From: an uncultured virus (IMG/VR IMGVR_UViG_3300024308_000303)
Taxonomy: Duplodnaviria; Heunggongvirae; Uroviricota; Caudoviricetes
IMG/VR virus record: IMGVR_UViG_3300024308_000303
Length of the DNA: 64,000 nt
Direction: 5' to 3' (one strand)
Shown: positions 19,680 to 30,053 of the stretch, piece by piece
Numbering within the stretch: the stretch's first letter is position 1
How the letters are laid out: each line of letters starts with the position of its first letter
Translations under genes and position numbers: made by a program
Notes under the pieces: model-generated
Databases searched by the model: none
What the model saw: only the letters and a program-made list of their open reading frames with translations
Told to the model about the DNA's origin: nothing

Positions 19680-19740
19680 ATCCTCCTACCTGTTAAGTTA
19701 GAGGATTATTATAGCAAAAAAGAAAACCTGTGTAAAGATT

Positions 19741-20322
19741 TTATTTTTTTAAGATATCTGACAATCGATTATACAAAGATTCAGCTTCGTGATAGTGCCA
19801 TTCAATAACACCAGACTCATGCTTGATACCATGCTCTTTCAAAATACCTTCCATTACACGATGAATAAAATCTTTAATAACAAACAACCATGAAGTATTT
19901 ACGTTATCAGGAATATCTGAAATAATATTGTTAATATGGATATTAGACAATCTACCTTTAGAATAATTTGGTCTTTGAGAATCTTCAAAATAAAAGAAAT
20001 TGTTTGAAATTAAATCAATATATTCTTTTTTAAACTCCAATTGAGCTTGAAGATATTTGATTTTCAAATCAAATTTTTCTTTAAAATGGTTAGCATTACT
20101 ACCAAAAAAGTCTTTCAACTCTGAATAGGTTGAAATGTCAGAATCTTGGAAGGGGTCATCTTTAAATGGGCTTGCAAATTCCAAATTACCATCATTGCCC
20201 CATCGCATACCATTGCCAATTACAAAACAAATATGATGCAGAACAGCATAACGAGTTTTATATGCAGTGCTACTATTAACTATAATATATTTAATCAATT
20301 CATTGGGTGAAAGAAAATTCAT
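19741..20322 (-). CDS. Hypothetical protein (probable paralog of 20319-20882)
   Basis: Similar N-terminus to its neighbour; overlapping stop/start. Confidence 0.75.
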   Translation of the reverse strand: MNFLSPNELIKYIIVNSSTAYKTRYAVLHHICFVIGNGMRWGNDGNLEFASPFKDDPFQDSDISTYSELKDFFGSNANHFKEKFDLKIKYLQAQLEFKKEYIDLISNNFFYFEDSQRPNYSKGRLSNIHINNIISDIPDNVNTSWLFVIKDFIHRVMEGILKEHGIKHESGVIEWHYHEAESLYNRLSDILKK

Positions 20323-20882
20323 TTTTTTTCTCCATTGAGTGAGTCAATTAATTTTTTCAACTTAATATAGTCCTCATAATCCTTTGAATCTCTCCAATTG
20401 TTAGGGTCTTCTGTTTTACCATCTGCACATTGTTCAGCCCAAAGTAAGTGAGCCAATTCTTGAGCACAATCAATTGCTTCAATAATAATTTCTTTAGGGT
20501 GATTAACTGTAATATCCCAAATATTGGAATCAGATGAAATACAGAAATCTGTAAAACATTTATTATGGATTGGAACAAAATCCTTACCCAGTAACATTTC
20601 ATCAATATTCTGTTCAATAAAATCACACATAAATACAGCATGATGATAATTAATAAGATCCAGATCAGAATTATTTGTGTTTAGAGATTTTTCAAGGATT
20701 TTTAAACGAGATTTATTAATCTTTGGATCTTCATCAATGATATAAGAGTGTGAAAATCCGTTATTCTTAAAATTATAATCTATTGAGTTATTAACGAAGA
20801 TATCACAAAGGCATTTCCATTTTGAAGAAAAACACAATGGATTAGAAAAAATCATAGTTTTTAAAAGTAAATTAAGGTCCAT
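20319..20882 (-). CDS. Hypothetical protein
   Basis: 187-aa ORF. Confidence 0.75.
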   Translation of the reverse strand: MDLNLLLKTMIFSNPLCFSSKWKCLCDIFVNNSIDYNFKNNGFSHSYIIDEDPKINKSRLKILEKSLNTNNSDLDLINYHHAVFMCDFIEQNIDEMLLGKDFVPIHNKCFTDFCISSDSNIWDITVNHPKEIIIEAIDCAQELAHLLWAEQCADGKTEDPNNWRDSKDYEDYIKLKKLIDSLNGEKK

Positions 20883-20930
20883 AACACTCTCTTTAAAAAT
20901 ATTGGAGTTAGTAGTTATAACGGAAAAATT

Positions 20931-21398
20931 TCAATCATTTACAAATAATTCAATGTAGTTGTCTCGAATATATTTATAAATTTTAATATAGTTATCACCT
21001 CGATCATCAAATATAAAACCAGTTGTTGTATTATACGAATAATTAATATTAAATCGTTTATTATGGCTATCAAAATTCTTATCAATACAAGTAGGTATAA
21101 TAGCATGATGATTGAATTCATTGCTATTTGAAAATAAAGATGATTGCAAATTTAGATTAATTTTTGAAGCATATTTACTGATGAAATCTAAATCATTATA
21201 ATTTGATGCAATAAGGTTTTCTAAATCAATCTTTCTATTTTCAAAAAATGAAAACGGTAGATACTCATCGTTAGTACGTGGATAAGTGATAAAGCCATCT
21301 TTATACAAAAGATTCAAGGCTTCTATAATAGTAGTGTCATGCATACCAAGAATGTCAGCCTTATCAATAAGTTTTTTATAAGTAATTAGTTCTGGCAT
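20931..21398 (-). CDS. Stand-alone type IA topoisomerase catalytic-domain fragment
   Basis: LYKDGFITYPRT (catalytic Tyr motif) and HHAIIPT; no TOPRIM domain. Confidence 0.75.
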   Translation of the reverse strand: MPELITYKKLIDKADILGMHDTTIIEALNLLYKDGFITYPRTNDEYLPFSFFENRKIDLENLIASNYNDLDFISKYASKINLNLQSSLFSNSNEFNHHAIIPTCIDKNFDSHNKRFNINYSYNTTTGFIFDDRGDNYIKIYKYIRDNYIELFVND

Positions 21399-21412
21399 AC
21401 AATCCTCTGAAT

Positions 21413-21499
21413 TGGTGCGGATGAAGGGACTCGAACCCTTACGCCAAGATGGCCACGGCTTCTGAGGCCGTTACGTCTACCAAATTCCGTCACATCCGC
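21413..21499 (-). tRNA. tRNA-Leu(CAG)
   Basis: GCGGATG/CATCCGC acceptor stem; ACGGC-CTCAGAA-GCCGT anticodon arm; long variable arm; AAGGG-TTCGAGT-CCCTT T-arm; encoded ACCA. Confidence 0.96.
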
Positions 21500-21510
21500 A
21501 TTGAGTCACC

Positions 21511-21539
21511 ATTATAACATAAACACATTATAATGGCAA
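21511..21539 (-). promoter_or_regulatory. sigma70-like promoter for tRNA-Leu
   Basis: TTGCCA-17 bp-TATAAT with extended TG. Confidence 0.8.
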
Positions 21540-21543
21540 TAAT

Positions 21544-21915
21544 TTAACGAAGCTTTTTCAAGAAATCAGCAAAAAATTCTGGTTTCCTATTTTGCCAAAT
21601 ATGGTCAGCACTGAATGAACCTGATTCACGTTCAAACCAAAGACGGGATAACTCACCTGTTGCAGCACTCAAATTACCTAAACCATGGAATAGAATAGTA
21701 AAAGGAAAAAGAATAGTAGCTACAATCTTTGCCCAAAGTCTGGTTCGATAATGAATAACAATATCAGTATCTTTAACAAAACATTCAATAAACTGATAGC
21801 ATTTAATTTTCCTAGTTGGTATAAGAATCATAAAGTCTTTAGCTGAAATAGTCTTTCTAACATAACCTTTAGTTCTTAAATCAACATATTTATAATTAGA
21901 TTTACGCATATTCAA
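21544..21915 (-). CDS. Hypothetical protein with one hydrophobic segment
   Basis: GAGG RBS. Confidence 0.7.
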   Translation of the reverse strand: MNMRKSNYKYVDLRTKGYVRKTISAKDFMILIPTRKIKCYQFIECFVKDTDIVIHYRTRLWAKIVATILFPFTILFHGLGNLSAATGELSRLWFERESGSFSADHIWQNRKPEFFADFLKKLR

Positions 21916-21923
21916 TCCTCTAA

Positions 21924-22403
21924 TTAGTTAAAAAAATATTCCAATTTTCCGTTATTAACTACAACACTAGTACAATTAAAGCCAAACTTTTTATTAAGAC
22001 CATCAAACTTAGCAAGATTATCTTCTGAAACAGTATAATGAGGCTTCAAAGTATTCAATACATTGAAAGAGATTTCAAAAAATTTAGTAGCTAATCCCAT
22101 TTTTCTATATTTTTTTGAAACAACCAGAGTACACACTTTCTTTTCTTCTGGACTATCTTTCAAAATCAAAATACCAGCAATAGCTGTACCATCAAAAGCT
22201 ATCACAATATTCCGTTTTAGTGAACTATGACTGAAGCATTCAGCATAAATTTTTTCAAACCATTTATTAAAATTATCATATTTAATGTTGAAATCTTCAA
22301 AAAAGGAGAATATGACAGAGCACATATCATCATGACTACACTCCAATAGAGTAGCAATGGCATTAATATCATCTGGTAATGTTAAGAATTTGAAATTGAC
22401 CAT
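21924..22403 (-). CDS. GNAT family acetyltransferase
   Basis: KVCTLVVSKKYRKMGLAT (acetyl-CoA binding motif A); KKFGF; AGGAGG RBS. Confidence 0.85.
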   Translation of the reverse strand: MVNFKFLTLPDDINAIATLLECSHDDMCSVIFSFFEDFNIKYDNFNKWFEKIYAECFSHSSLKRNIVIAFDGTAIAGILILKDSPEEKKVCTLVVSKKYRKMGLATKFFEISFNVLNTLKPHYTVSEDNLAKFDGLNKKFGFNCTSVVVNNGKLEYFFN

Positions 22404-22602
22404 AATGCCTCCTTTTTGATACTACCATTATATCAAAACTCTGAAATTTTTACAACAATTTAAACGTATGTCCGATAAAACGGATTTTTGTAAAATAATA
22501 ATTGGAAATTTTATTCTATTTAGGATTTTATTTCTATTTAAACATTGATTGTTTTTTTATTGATGTTATTGTATCTATTAACTTTAAATAAAGGAAAAAA
22601 GT

Positions 22603-23259
22603 ATGATAAATAACACTTTTGAATCTAATAGTAAAATGGCTGCTAAAGAAAACAAAGCTGGGATAGGAATTATTGTTTACTTGTTTTACATTGTAATGAG
22701 CGTTGGGTATATAGTGATAAAATCACAAGTTAATAAAGAGATAGTAACAACAGGATTTATTATAACTACCGCAATAACAATTGGCCTAATATGTTGGTTA
22801 CGCGGATTTAAAGATTTATATAAAGTAGCAGTAATGATTGGGGCTGGAATTATTATATTTTGCTTTGTAATAACAAAAGAAGATATTCAAAGAAAATATA
22901 TGAGCAATAAGTATGATTATTATATAGGTTTGAATAGTAATTTCGAAAATACAGATAATGCTCATATAATAAAAGAAGCAATTGATGCATATTCGAATGA
23001 AAACTACAACAAAGCATTAGCAGTAATAAAGAATAGAGATCAAAATAATTCAGAAACTTTAGATAGAGTTTTTAATTTAGCTAACGTAATAAAGGAGTTA
23101 ACTCCAGAATTAAAAGGAGATCTTAAAGTTGCACTAAAAGATAACTTTGTATCAATTGAAGAATATAAAATATTGAAATTAAAAACGGTAGAAAATATTC
23201 AGGCTAAAATAGATACATTAACTACAGAGCAATTGATATTGTTAGGGAGTATAAAATGA
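22603..23259 (+). CDS. Membrane protein (3 TM plus soluble domain)
   Basis: Hydrophobic N-terminal half; C-terminal LKDNFVSIEE resembles MKDGEINLIE in the neighbour. Confidence 0.78.
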   Translation: MINNTFESNSKMAAKENKAGIGIIVYLFYIVMSVGYIVIKSQVNKEIVTTGFIITTAITIGLICWLRGFKDLYKVAVMIGAGIIIFCFVITKEDIQRKYMSNKYDYYIGLNSNFENTDNAHIIKEAIDAYSNENYNKALAVIKNRDQNNSETLDRVFNLANVIKELTPELKGDLKVALKDNFVSIEEYKILKLKTVENIQAKIDTLTTEQLILLGSIK

Positions 23260-23879
23260 TAAGACCAATAAGGCAAAAGAGTTATATTGAAATCTTTTTA
23301 CGAATTATATTAGGAATAACAGGTATTTATTTAAGTATTAAATTATTTAATTATAGTATGATATACCCATCAAATCTATATATATTAAATAATAATAAAA
23401 TTGCATCTGATTATAGTTTGATTTATACCATGTTTTCACTAATATTATTCTTTATATCTATTACTATAACTTCTCTTATACCAAAAAAAGAATCTAGTAT
23501 GTTAGCACTATTATCAATCTTGATATTGGTGACAGTTATATTAAATCTTTTTTATCAAAAAACTGACAAATATTTAACTGACAAACAAGAATATTTTATA
23601 AATAATACAACTAATTTTATGAAGAAATATCCACATACAGACGAAGTTAAAGAATTAATGGCATATGTAAATAAAAAGGACTTTAAATCATTAGAAAAAA
23701 TGAACCCTAATACATTTGTGTATACTGATATTATAGATTTAGCATCTAAAATAAAAACACTCAATGATACAGAAGTAACAGAGTTATATAGACATTATAT
23801 GAAAGATGGAGAAATAAATTTAATAGAGAAAAAAGATCTTGAGTCATTAATTATAAAGAAAATCAATGAAAGGTTATAA
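23256..23879 (+). CDS. Membrane protein (probable paralog of 22603-23259)
   Basis: 3 TM; overlapping ATGA junction. Confidence 0.78.
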   Translation: MIRPIRQKSYIEIFLRIILGITGIYLSIKLFNYSMIYPSNLYILNNNKIASDYSLIYTMFSLILFFISITITSLIPKKESSMLALLSILILVTVILNLFYQKTDKYLTDKQEYFINNTTNFMKKYPHTDEVKELMAYVNKKDFKSLEKMNPNTFVYTDIIDLASKIKTLNDTEVTELYRHYMKDGEINLIEKKDLESLIIKKINERL

Positions 23880-23903
23880 AAAAAAGGCCATCTGGCCTTT
23901 TTT
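23879..23903. terminator. Bidirectional intrinsic terminator
   Basis: A tract-GGCCA-TC-TGGCC-T tract between convergent genes. Confidence 0.75.
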
Positions 23904-23907
23904 TGTA

Positions 23908-24948
23908 TCAAAGTTTTTCTTTAAGTTCCAATCTTCCCCAAATAGAAGGTTCATCATCAATGAGATAAGGGACTTCAAAAATAGATGTTGAAGTATAAAT
24001 ACCCGGCTCCACATCGACAATAAAAGCATTAATAGATTTCAAATAATTTTCAAATTCAATCTGTAATGCAGACTCATCGTTAGATTCATCATCATCTTGC
24101 TTCATGAATTCATCAAATGCATTTTTAAGAATACCATAATCAACACCTTGAACAGCCCAAAGACTTGTTGATACATATCCCTGATATACATCATTTTTAG
24201 TTGCTAAAGAGTCACGTTTAATTTCAATGACACCAGTAACAGAATCTTTGAATACAGAAGGATCGCTATTCCCACATGCATAATAAGCAACATTTCGAGT
24301 CGCTTGGAATTCTTGTTGAATAAGCGTACCATTACCATAATTTAAACTTGGATAAAAATTATACTTATTTTTACCATAAGAAGTAAAATCACTATAATCA
24401 GTATCATAAACATCTTTAAAGATATTAGCAAAAACAATTTTACCACTTTCAAAAGTTACAGTAACTTGTGGGTCTTTGATCCCATTAGGATATGGGCAGG
24501 CACTTACACCAGAACAGCGAATAAGACCATTTTCATAATCAGCAAGCCAAAAATATCCTTGACCACAGCAAGAGCATTGATAACTGGTCAATTGATTACA
24601 CATAACTGTAACTGTCATTTCCCAACCTTCATCACTGAAAGGTTTAGGTTCTTTACCTTTACGATTTTTAATAACAGCATTGGCTAAATCAATAAACCTA
24701 TCTTGCAACCTGAAAAGAATATCATTGATTTCACCATATTTTTCAACATATTCTTTATAAGTAATACCATTCATATAACCAGCATTATGAGTGGTTTCTT
24801 GAAATTTAAGATCATTCCAACTTTCAAGAACTGCCAAAGTCATTTTTTGGGTTAATTCACGAATGGATCGATTATCATCAACAAGATTTTCAAGTTCAGC
24901 CCTAAAATGATTGACTTTATCAAAGAGTTCTTTTGGGGGAGTATTCAT
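23908..24948 (-). CDS. Hypothetical protein with a CxxC motif
   Basis: 346-aa ORF containing CSCCG. Confidence 0.8.
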   Translation of the reverse strand: MNTPPKELFDKVNHFRAELENLVDDNRSIRELTQKMTLAVLESWNDLKFQETTHNAGYMNGITYKEYVEKYGEINDILFRLQDRFIDLANAVIKNRKGKEPKPFSDEGWEMTVTVMCNQLTSYQCSCCGQGYFWLADYENGLIRCSGVSACPYPNGIKDPQVTVTFESGKIVFANIFKDVYDTDYSDFTSYGKNKYNFYPSLNYGNGTLIQQEFQATRNVAYYACGNSDPSVFKDSVTGVIEIKRDSLATKNDVYQGYVSTSLWAVQGVDYGILKNAFDEFMKQDDDESNDESALQIEFENYLKSINAFIVDVEPGIYTSTSIFEVPYLIDDEPSIWGRLELKEKL

Positions 24949-25250
24949 TTATTCACCATAATGTTAAGAATTTTTTCAAATGTGTCATATTGCTTGGTAG
25001 TTGTTTTAGAGTAATTATTTTCCATAATTACAAGAGCTTCTTCTGAAAGCTGTTCACCTACATTACATTTTGGATATTGTCCATTCTTTTTAAGAAGTAC
25101 ACCATTTTCAACCACGAAAACAGCTTGCTCAAAAATAGATGCAGGAATTGTACCAGTAACTTTAAGCAAACTTGCAGTAGGGTCATTAGGTCCACAATGA
25201 TTCAATGCATTAGTAAGCTTATTTTTAATCGAAAGATAGTAGAGATTCAT
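24945..25250 (-). CDS. Hypothetical protein
   Basis: GAGG RBS; TGCTATAAT promoter. Confidence 0.72.
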   Translation of the reverse strand: MNLYYLSIKNKLTNALNHCGPNDPTASLLKVTGTIPASIFEQAVFVVENGVLLKKNGQYPKCNVGEQLSEEALVIMENNYSKTTTKQYDTFEKILNIMVNK

Positions 25251-25318
25251 ACTTGCCTCGTATAATAATTAATGCCTAATTATAGCATAATTAACAATAA
25301 ATGTATACAGCTATCTGG

Positions 25319-25828
25319 TCAATCGTCAATGCTGACCAGATGATAAAGGGTTCTTTGGCCACTAACCCAGTTGCGAGCAACTTCATGTTCATCAAAACCT
25401 AATACAGCATTAAAGTTCCGCATTGAAAGTCGTTTTGAACTACGATGATGATTAAATGAACGCTTACCAATGTGAAATTTAGGGTCTTCTACTTTTTCAA
25501 CAGTCTTTCTTACATAATTTAATTCATTGGTAGTCAAATCAATGTCAAAACAATATAGATGGCTGTTATAAGAAATACAAAAACCTAATGCAAGCAAATT
25601 ATTGTCGTAATCAAATAATTCATCATTATCTTCATCTGAGTAAGTATCAAATACAATAATTTCTTTTCTATCAACAGTAAAAGAATAAGATCCATTTGCG
25701 ACTTCTTTACCACCAAAGTTTTCGGCAACAACTTGAATAATATCAGAAGAACTAACAATTCCAGTCAAGCGAGCATCCCGTACAGCCATTTTAAAATGGG
25801 GTACAATTTTTTGCAAAATAGAATCCAT
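25319..25828 (-). CDS. Hypothetical protein
   Basis: Start refined to MDSIL, which follows AGGTG. Confidence 0.75.
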   Translation of the reverse strand: MDSILQKIVPHFKMAVRDARLTGIVSSSDIIQVVAENFGGKEVANGSYSFTVDRKEIIVFDTYSDEDNDELFDYDNNLLALGFCISYNSHLYCFDIDLTTNELNYVRKTVEKVEDPKFHIGKRSFNHHRSSKRLSMRNFNAVLGFDEHEVARNWVSGQRTLYHLVSIDD

Positions 25829-25829
25829 A

Positions 25830-26231
25830 TTACTCACCTTTTGCAGCTTGTTGATCTTCAAATTCTTTTTGTGCTTTATCTGTCATTAATTGAAGCTCAA
25901 CTAATGTTTCTTCAAACAATTCTTTAATATAAGTGATAACTTCGTCACGGACTCCACCTTGCTCAAGGTTGTTAAAAAAATTAATTGAGTAACTACGAAT
26001 TTTTTCCATGTCAAAGCTGTGAGCATAAAATCCACCAATAGGAATCTCAAGAGGCTCTTTTTTATTAAGATGTTCAATCATATTATTCAAAACAGCAGAA
26101 ACAAAACGAATTGGATTGTAAAATGCCCCTGAATGATTAAGGTGATTAATGTAATGATACTTTTCAGCTACAATAACAACCTTTTCGAGATCAGTTACGG
26201 AAATTGGCTTAATAACAAGAGTGTCAGACAT
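25830..26231 (-). CDS. Hypothetical protein
   Basis: Start refined to MSDTL, which follows AAGGA. Confidence 0.75.
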   Translation of the reverse strand: MSDTLVIKPISVTDLEKVVIVAEKYHYINHLNHSGAFYNPIRFVSAVLNNMIEHLNKKEPLEIPIGGFYAHSFDMEKIRSYSINFFNNLEQGGVRDEVITYIKELFEETLVELQLMTDKAQKEFEDQQAAKGE

Positions 26232-26305
26232 AATCGTATCCTTTAATGAATAGTAGAACATTATTATAACACAATAGAGGTGTGATGTATAGAAAAAACC
26301 ACCTA

Positions 26306-26929
26306 TTAAATAGGTGGCATAATGAGTGAAAAATCTCGACTAGCATAATAGTTTTCTATTAATTGATTACTAGATCGATCTTCTATAATAGATTTTTCTT
26401 TAATAGCTAAATAACTTTTGAAGTCATCCAATGTACGTTCATTTAGAAGATGGGTCAGAATTTTTTCATAAAATACAGAACTAAAATTATATATCAATGG
26501 AGAATATTCTCGAAAAGATTCTGTATCTGCATAAGACATCACTTTTGCATTGTTAAAAATAGGATAAAAGTATAAATTAATACCATAATCTTTATTATAA
26601 GATAAAGAGAAATAATAGACATTATCATCATATTCATATTTTAAAGCGTAATGTTTAAATCGAGTACCATCATTAACAGTAAAGCTTGATTTTGTTAATC
26701 CAAATGCAGATATAAAATCATCATAGATATAAAATTGCAAATAGAACATTATATAATGTGCTGGCGAATCATTAGACAAGTTATAAGTAATGTTTCTAAA
26801 TAAAGGTGATAAAACATGCCAACTCTTGAATGAGACAACATTGTATGATTCATCAGAATCAATAGTCGCCTTCATAATTTTTAATATTTTTTTATCATTA
26901 ACTATTTCGATCATGTACAGTTTCTCCAA
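26306..26929 (-). CDS. Paralog pair B, member 2; MxxI tag
   Basis: KHYALKYEY..YYFSLS shared with 26932-27534; ends SLIMPPI. Confidence 0.82.
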   Translation of the reverse strand: MEKLYMIEIVNDKKILKIMKATIDSDESYNVVSFKSWHVLSPLFRNITYNLSNDSPAHYIMFYLQFYIYDDFISAFGLTKSSFTVNDGTRFKHYALKYEYDDNVYYFSLSYNKDYGINLYFYPIFNNAKVMSYADTESFREYSPLIYNFSSVFYEKILTHLLNERTLDDFKSYLAIKEKSIIEDRSSNQLIENYYASRDFSLIMPPI

Positions 26930-26931
26930 AT

Positions 26932-27534
26932 TTAAATAGTGGGCATAATAATTGAAAAATTTCTATCTTTATTAAAGCTATCCAAAATATCATGTGTACT
27001 TGGATAGTGTTTAAAACCAGCTTTAATTGTATCCAAATCATAATTCTCAAAAAGATGATTCAAAATTTTCAAGAATAATTCCCGACAAAAATTATACATT
27101 AAAGGCTCATATTTAATATAAGATGGAGAGTTATATGTATTATCAATTTCAATGTTGCTAAGTGTTGTATAATTAATTAAATCAATTCCTCTGTTTTTAT
27201 TATGACTTAACGAAAAGTAATATGTTTCATTGTTATAGTCAAACTTAAGAGCATAATGTTTATAGCGACGATAAGTATCAACTACAAAACTGCTTTTTTC
27301 AATATTGAATAATTTAAGAAAATCTTTATAACATGTACAATTAAAATAACTTATTAATTGAAACTGAGGCGTAGGTCTTCCATCTTTATCGTAAGAAAGA
27401 TAAATAAAACATGATGAATTATAAAGCCAGTTATTTATTGAAACTACATCAGAATCAGATGATGATTTATAACTATCTCTCATTGATTTAATGATTTTTT
27501 TATCTGTTACCAATGTAATCATCAAAAACTCCAA
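26932..27534 (-). CDS. Paralog pair B, member 1; MxxI tag
   Basis: KHYALKFDY..YYFSLS; ends SIIMPTI. Confidence 0.82.
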   Translation of the reverse strand: MEFLMITLVTDKKIIKSMRDSYKSSSDSDVVSINNWLYNSSCFIYLSYDKDGRPTPQFQLISYFNCTCYKDFLKLFNIEKSSFVVDTYRRYKHYALKFDYNNETYYFSLSHNKNRGIDLINYTTLSNIEIDNTYNSPSYIKYEPLMYNFCRELFLKILNHLFENYDLDTIKAGFKHYPSTHDILDSFNKDRNFSIIMPTI

Positions 27535-27573
27535 TTAAAAAAAATTAAAACCAAAAAGCTGGCTAGGCCAGCT

Positions 27574-28710
27574 TTAAGCTTCTTCTTCTGGTTCACCCGC
27601 AAATTCACCTAAATCAATTTGTTCTAATGACCAAACTTCACGAAGGCGATTGCGTTCATAGTAATCCAAATAGTTATTGGTTTTACCACGAACCAAGTTC
27701 ATAACAAACTTGAAGTGTGGATGATCTTTCAAATCCAATGCAACAGTTTTGAAATCAACACCAGCATAATGTTTAGCCAATGCAGTCACTTCACGTTCAA
27801 TTCCTTCAACTTCTGCTTTAATAGTATCGTTGATATAACGAATATGAGTCAAATCTGCATCTGGAGCATTTAATGCAACAAAAGCAATATAGTCGTCAAT
27901 TTGTTCTTCAACAACCATTCGAGCAATATCACGCTCACGAACAAAAGTAACAGCATGATGAAGATTAACATACCATTTGGTTTTAACCTTTACCATTTCA
28001 CCATTTTCAAACTGAATTACATAACCCTCAATACCTTCAACAGTATTAAGTGATTTAAGCAACTCTGGCAAATCCAATTCACGACCATGTACTGGGCTGT
28101 TAACTGGAATATCATATTTACTTGCAAGTTGTGCAAGTTCTTCTGGCATAAGGTATACACCAGTAAAGTTATCACGAACATGCAACAACGTCATGTTATC
28201 TTGAGAATAACGCAAAACAATACGGTGATTTGGTGAAGTGAACTCAAAAATAGGAGTCATGTTAGCCAAAGCACAATAACGAGTAAAATCATAATATTTT
28301 TGATTCTTTTGAACAAAAGCAGTAGCAGAAACAGCAACATCAGACTGGAATGATTTTTTAGATTTAGCAAAGAATTCACCATTGATAAGACCAGTAGTGA
28401 TCATTGAACCATCCATTTTATCAAAAGCAGCAACCATTTTATTCCAATCAAGGTTATGTGGCTGAACTTCTTCACGCTCCGCAAGGTTGAAGAACTTATG
28501 CAATGGGCGTGAAATGATCTTACCATCAACATCAAAGGTAATACCACGAGCTTCTTTTTCAAAGGAATTATTAAAAGATTCACCATTGCTAATGTTATAG
28601 CAAATTACAGTAGCTCCATTGGACTGTTTATTAACACCAATGTAGTCCTGATCCTTAACATAAGGCAAGATATCGTTTAAGTTTTCGATTTTAGGGAAAA
28701 GAGTAGACAA
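27574..28710 (-). CDS. rnlA: T4 Rnl1-like RNA ligase
   Basis: EARGITF, RPLHKFFNL, motif I KMDGS, FEFTSPNHRIV, motif IV EGYV, motif V KVKTKWY. Confidence 0.92.
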   Translation of the reverse strand: MSTLFPKIENLNDILPYVKDQDYIGVNKQSNGATVICYNISNGESFNNSFEKEARGITFDVDGKIISRPLHKFFNLAEREEVQPHNLDWNKMVAAFDKMDGSMITTGLINGEFFAKSKKSFQSDVAVSATAFVQKNQKYYDFTRYCALANMTPIFEFTSPNHRIVLRYSQDNMTLLHVRDNFTGVYLMPEELAQLASKYDIPVNSPVHGRELDLPELLKSLNTVEGIEGYVIQFENGEMVKVKTKWYVNLHHAVTFVRERDIARMVVEEQIDDYIAFVALNAPDADLTHIRYINDTIKAEVEGIEREVTALAKHYAGVDFKTVALDLKDHPHFKFVMNLVRGKTNNYLDYYERNRLREVWSLEQIDLGEFAGEPEEEA

Positions 28711-28778
28711 TTTTTACATCTCCATTGGTTTTAATTGAGCTATTCTAACAAAATAAACAAATAAAAGCAAGATTTTAT

Positions 28779-29321
28779 TTAAAGAGAAAAATAGTCTTCT
28801 GGCAATTCTTTGTTAACTTCCATTATGAGTTCATTGTCTTTTGGCATCTTGATATTAACAGGTTTACCAACTTGAACAGTACCAGCCCAACGAACAGTTG
28901 TTGTAGTAATAACATCATTAGCAACTGAACAACTATCAGTTAGTTTTATTGACGGAGACACTGAATTTGTTTCATTTAAATTTAATTCAAGAATTATGGT
29001 ATAAGCGTTATCTTTTTTAGATATTACGTTTATTTTATAATCCATGTAAGAATCAACGTCTTCTTTCATTGAAAAATCACTATCTCCATCCTTAATAGAG
29101 TAGGATGGATTACCTAATTGTATAGAGCAATCAGTTTTCATGTTCTCTTTCCTACCACCAAAACTTGATCCAGCCTGAATATGTTCAATGTCTAAGTCCA
29201 CAAAAAGTTGAACATCTTTATTTTTGTCATAAATAACTAAGAAATTTACAGGATCTGTTTCTGCAAATAAAGGCATTGAAACAAAAGATAAAATGGAACA
29301 GAACATAATTTTTTTGAACAT
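28779..29321 (-). CDS. Exported protein
   Basis: Signal peptide MFKKIMFCSILSFVSMPLFA. Confidence 0.78.
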   Translation of the reverse strand: MFKKIMFCSILSFVSMPLFAETDPVNFLVIYDKNKDVQLFVDLDIEHIQAGSSFGGRKENMKTDCSIQLGNPSYSIKDGDSDFSMKEDVDSYMDYKINVISKKDNAYTIILELNLNETNSVSPSIKLTDSCSVANDVITTTTVRWAGTVQVGKPVNIKMPKDNELIMEVNKELPEDYFSL

Positions 29322-29391
29322 AAATAATCCATCATATTATTTTAAGTCAATATAACATAAAAAAGATTTTTTCAAAATTCAAATAAAAAAA

Positions 29392-29420
29392 TTGATTGCA
29401 GTTTATTTTTTTGATATAAT
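29392..29420 (+). promoter_or_regulatory. sigma70-like promoter for alkB
   Basis: TTGATT-17 bp-TATAAT with extended TG. Confidence 0.72.
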
Positions 29421-29444
29421 ACCCAACGAAAAAAGGAAATTTAT

Positions 29445-30053
29445 ATGCAAATATCTTCTAATAGTCAAATATTGAAAGGTTTTTTAATCAAAAAAGAAAT
29501 AGAAATTTTGAAAGCCATTAAAGATGTGTTGCGAGCTAACTACTGGAGAGATATTTACACTCCGGGTGGTAAACAAATGTCTATCAAAATTACCAACTGT
29601 GGAGAGTTTGGTTGGTACACTGATAACAAAGGATACCGCTACACAAAAATAGACCCAAAAACCAATCAACCATGGGTTGAAATGCCTACAATTTTGGAAG
29701 ATTTAGCTATTGAAGCAGCAGAATTAACAGGTTATTCAGACTTTAAACCAAATTGTTGCCTAATGAACAGATATGAAATAGGCTCAAAGCTATCTTTGCA
29801 TCAAGATACAGATGAAAAAGATTACACTCAACCAATTGTCTCATTCTCATTTGGAGTGCCAGCTAATTTTCTTTTTGGTGGTTTAAGTAGAAAAGACAAG
29901 GTAGATAAATATTTGCTTGAGAATGGCGATGTATTAGTCTTTGGCGGTCAAGATAGAATGAGATTCCATGGAGTTGAAGAAATAAAATCAAAACCGAATA
30001 CAGGAAAGATTGGAGACATTCGAATCAATCTAACATTCAGAAAAGCTGATTAA
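29445..30053 (+). CDS. alkB: AlkB Fe(II)/2-oxoglutarate dioxygenase (nucleic-acid demethylase)
   Basis: TPGGKQMS, NCGEFGW, CLMNRY, LHQD, FHG and RINLTFR motifs. Confidence 0.95.
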   Translation: MQISSNSQILKGFLIKKEIEILKAIKDVLRANYWRDIYTPGGKQMSIKITNCGEFGWYTDNKGYRYTKIDPKTNQPWVEMPTILEDLAIEAAELTGYSDFKPNCCLMNRYEIGSKLSLHQDTDEKDYTQPIVSFSFGVPANFLFGGLSRKDKVDKYLLENGDVLVFGGQDRMRFHGVEEIKSKPNTGKIGDIRINLTFRKAD

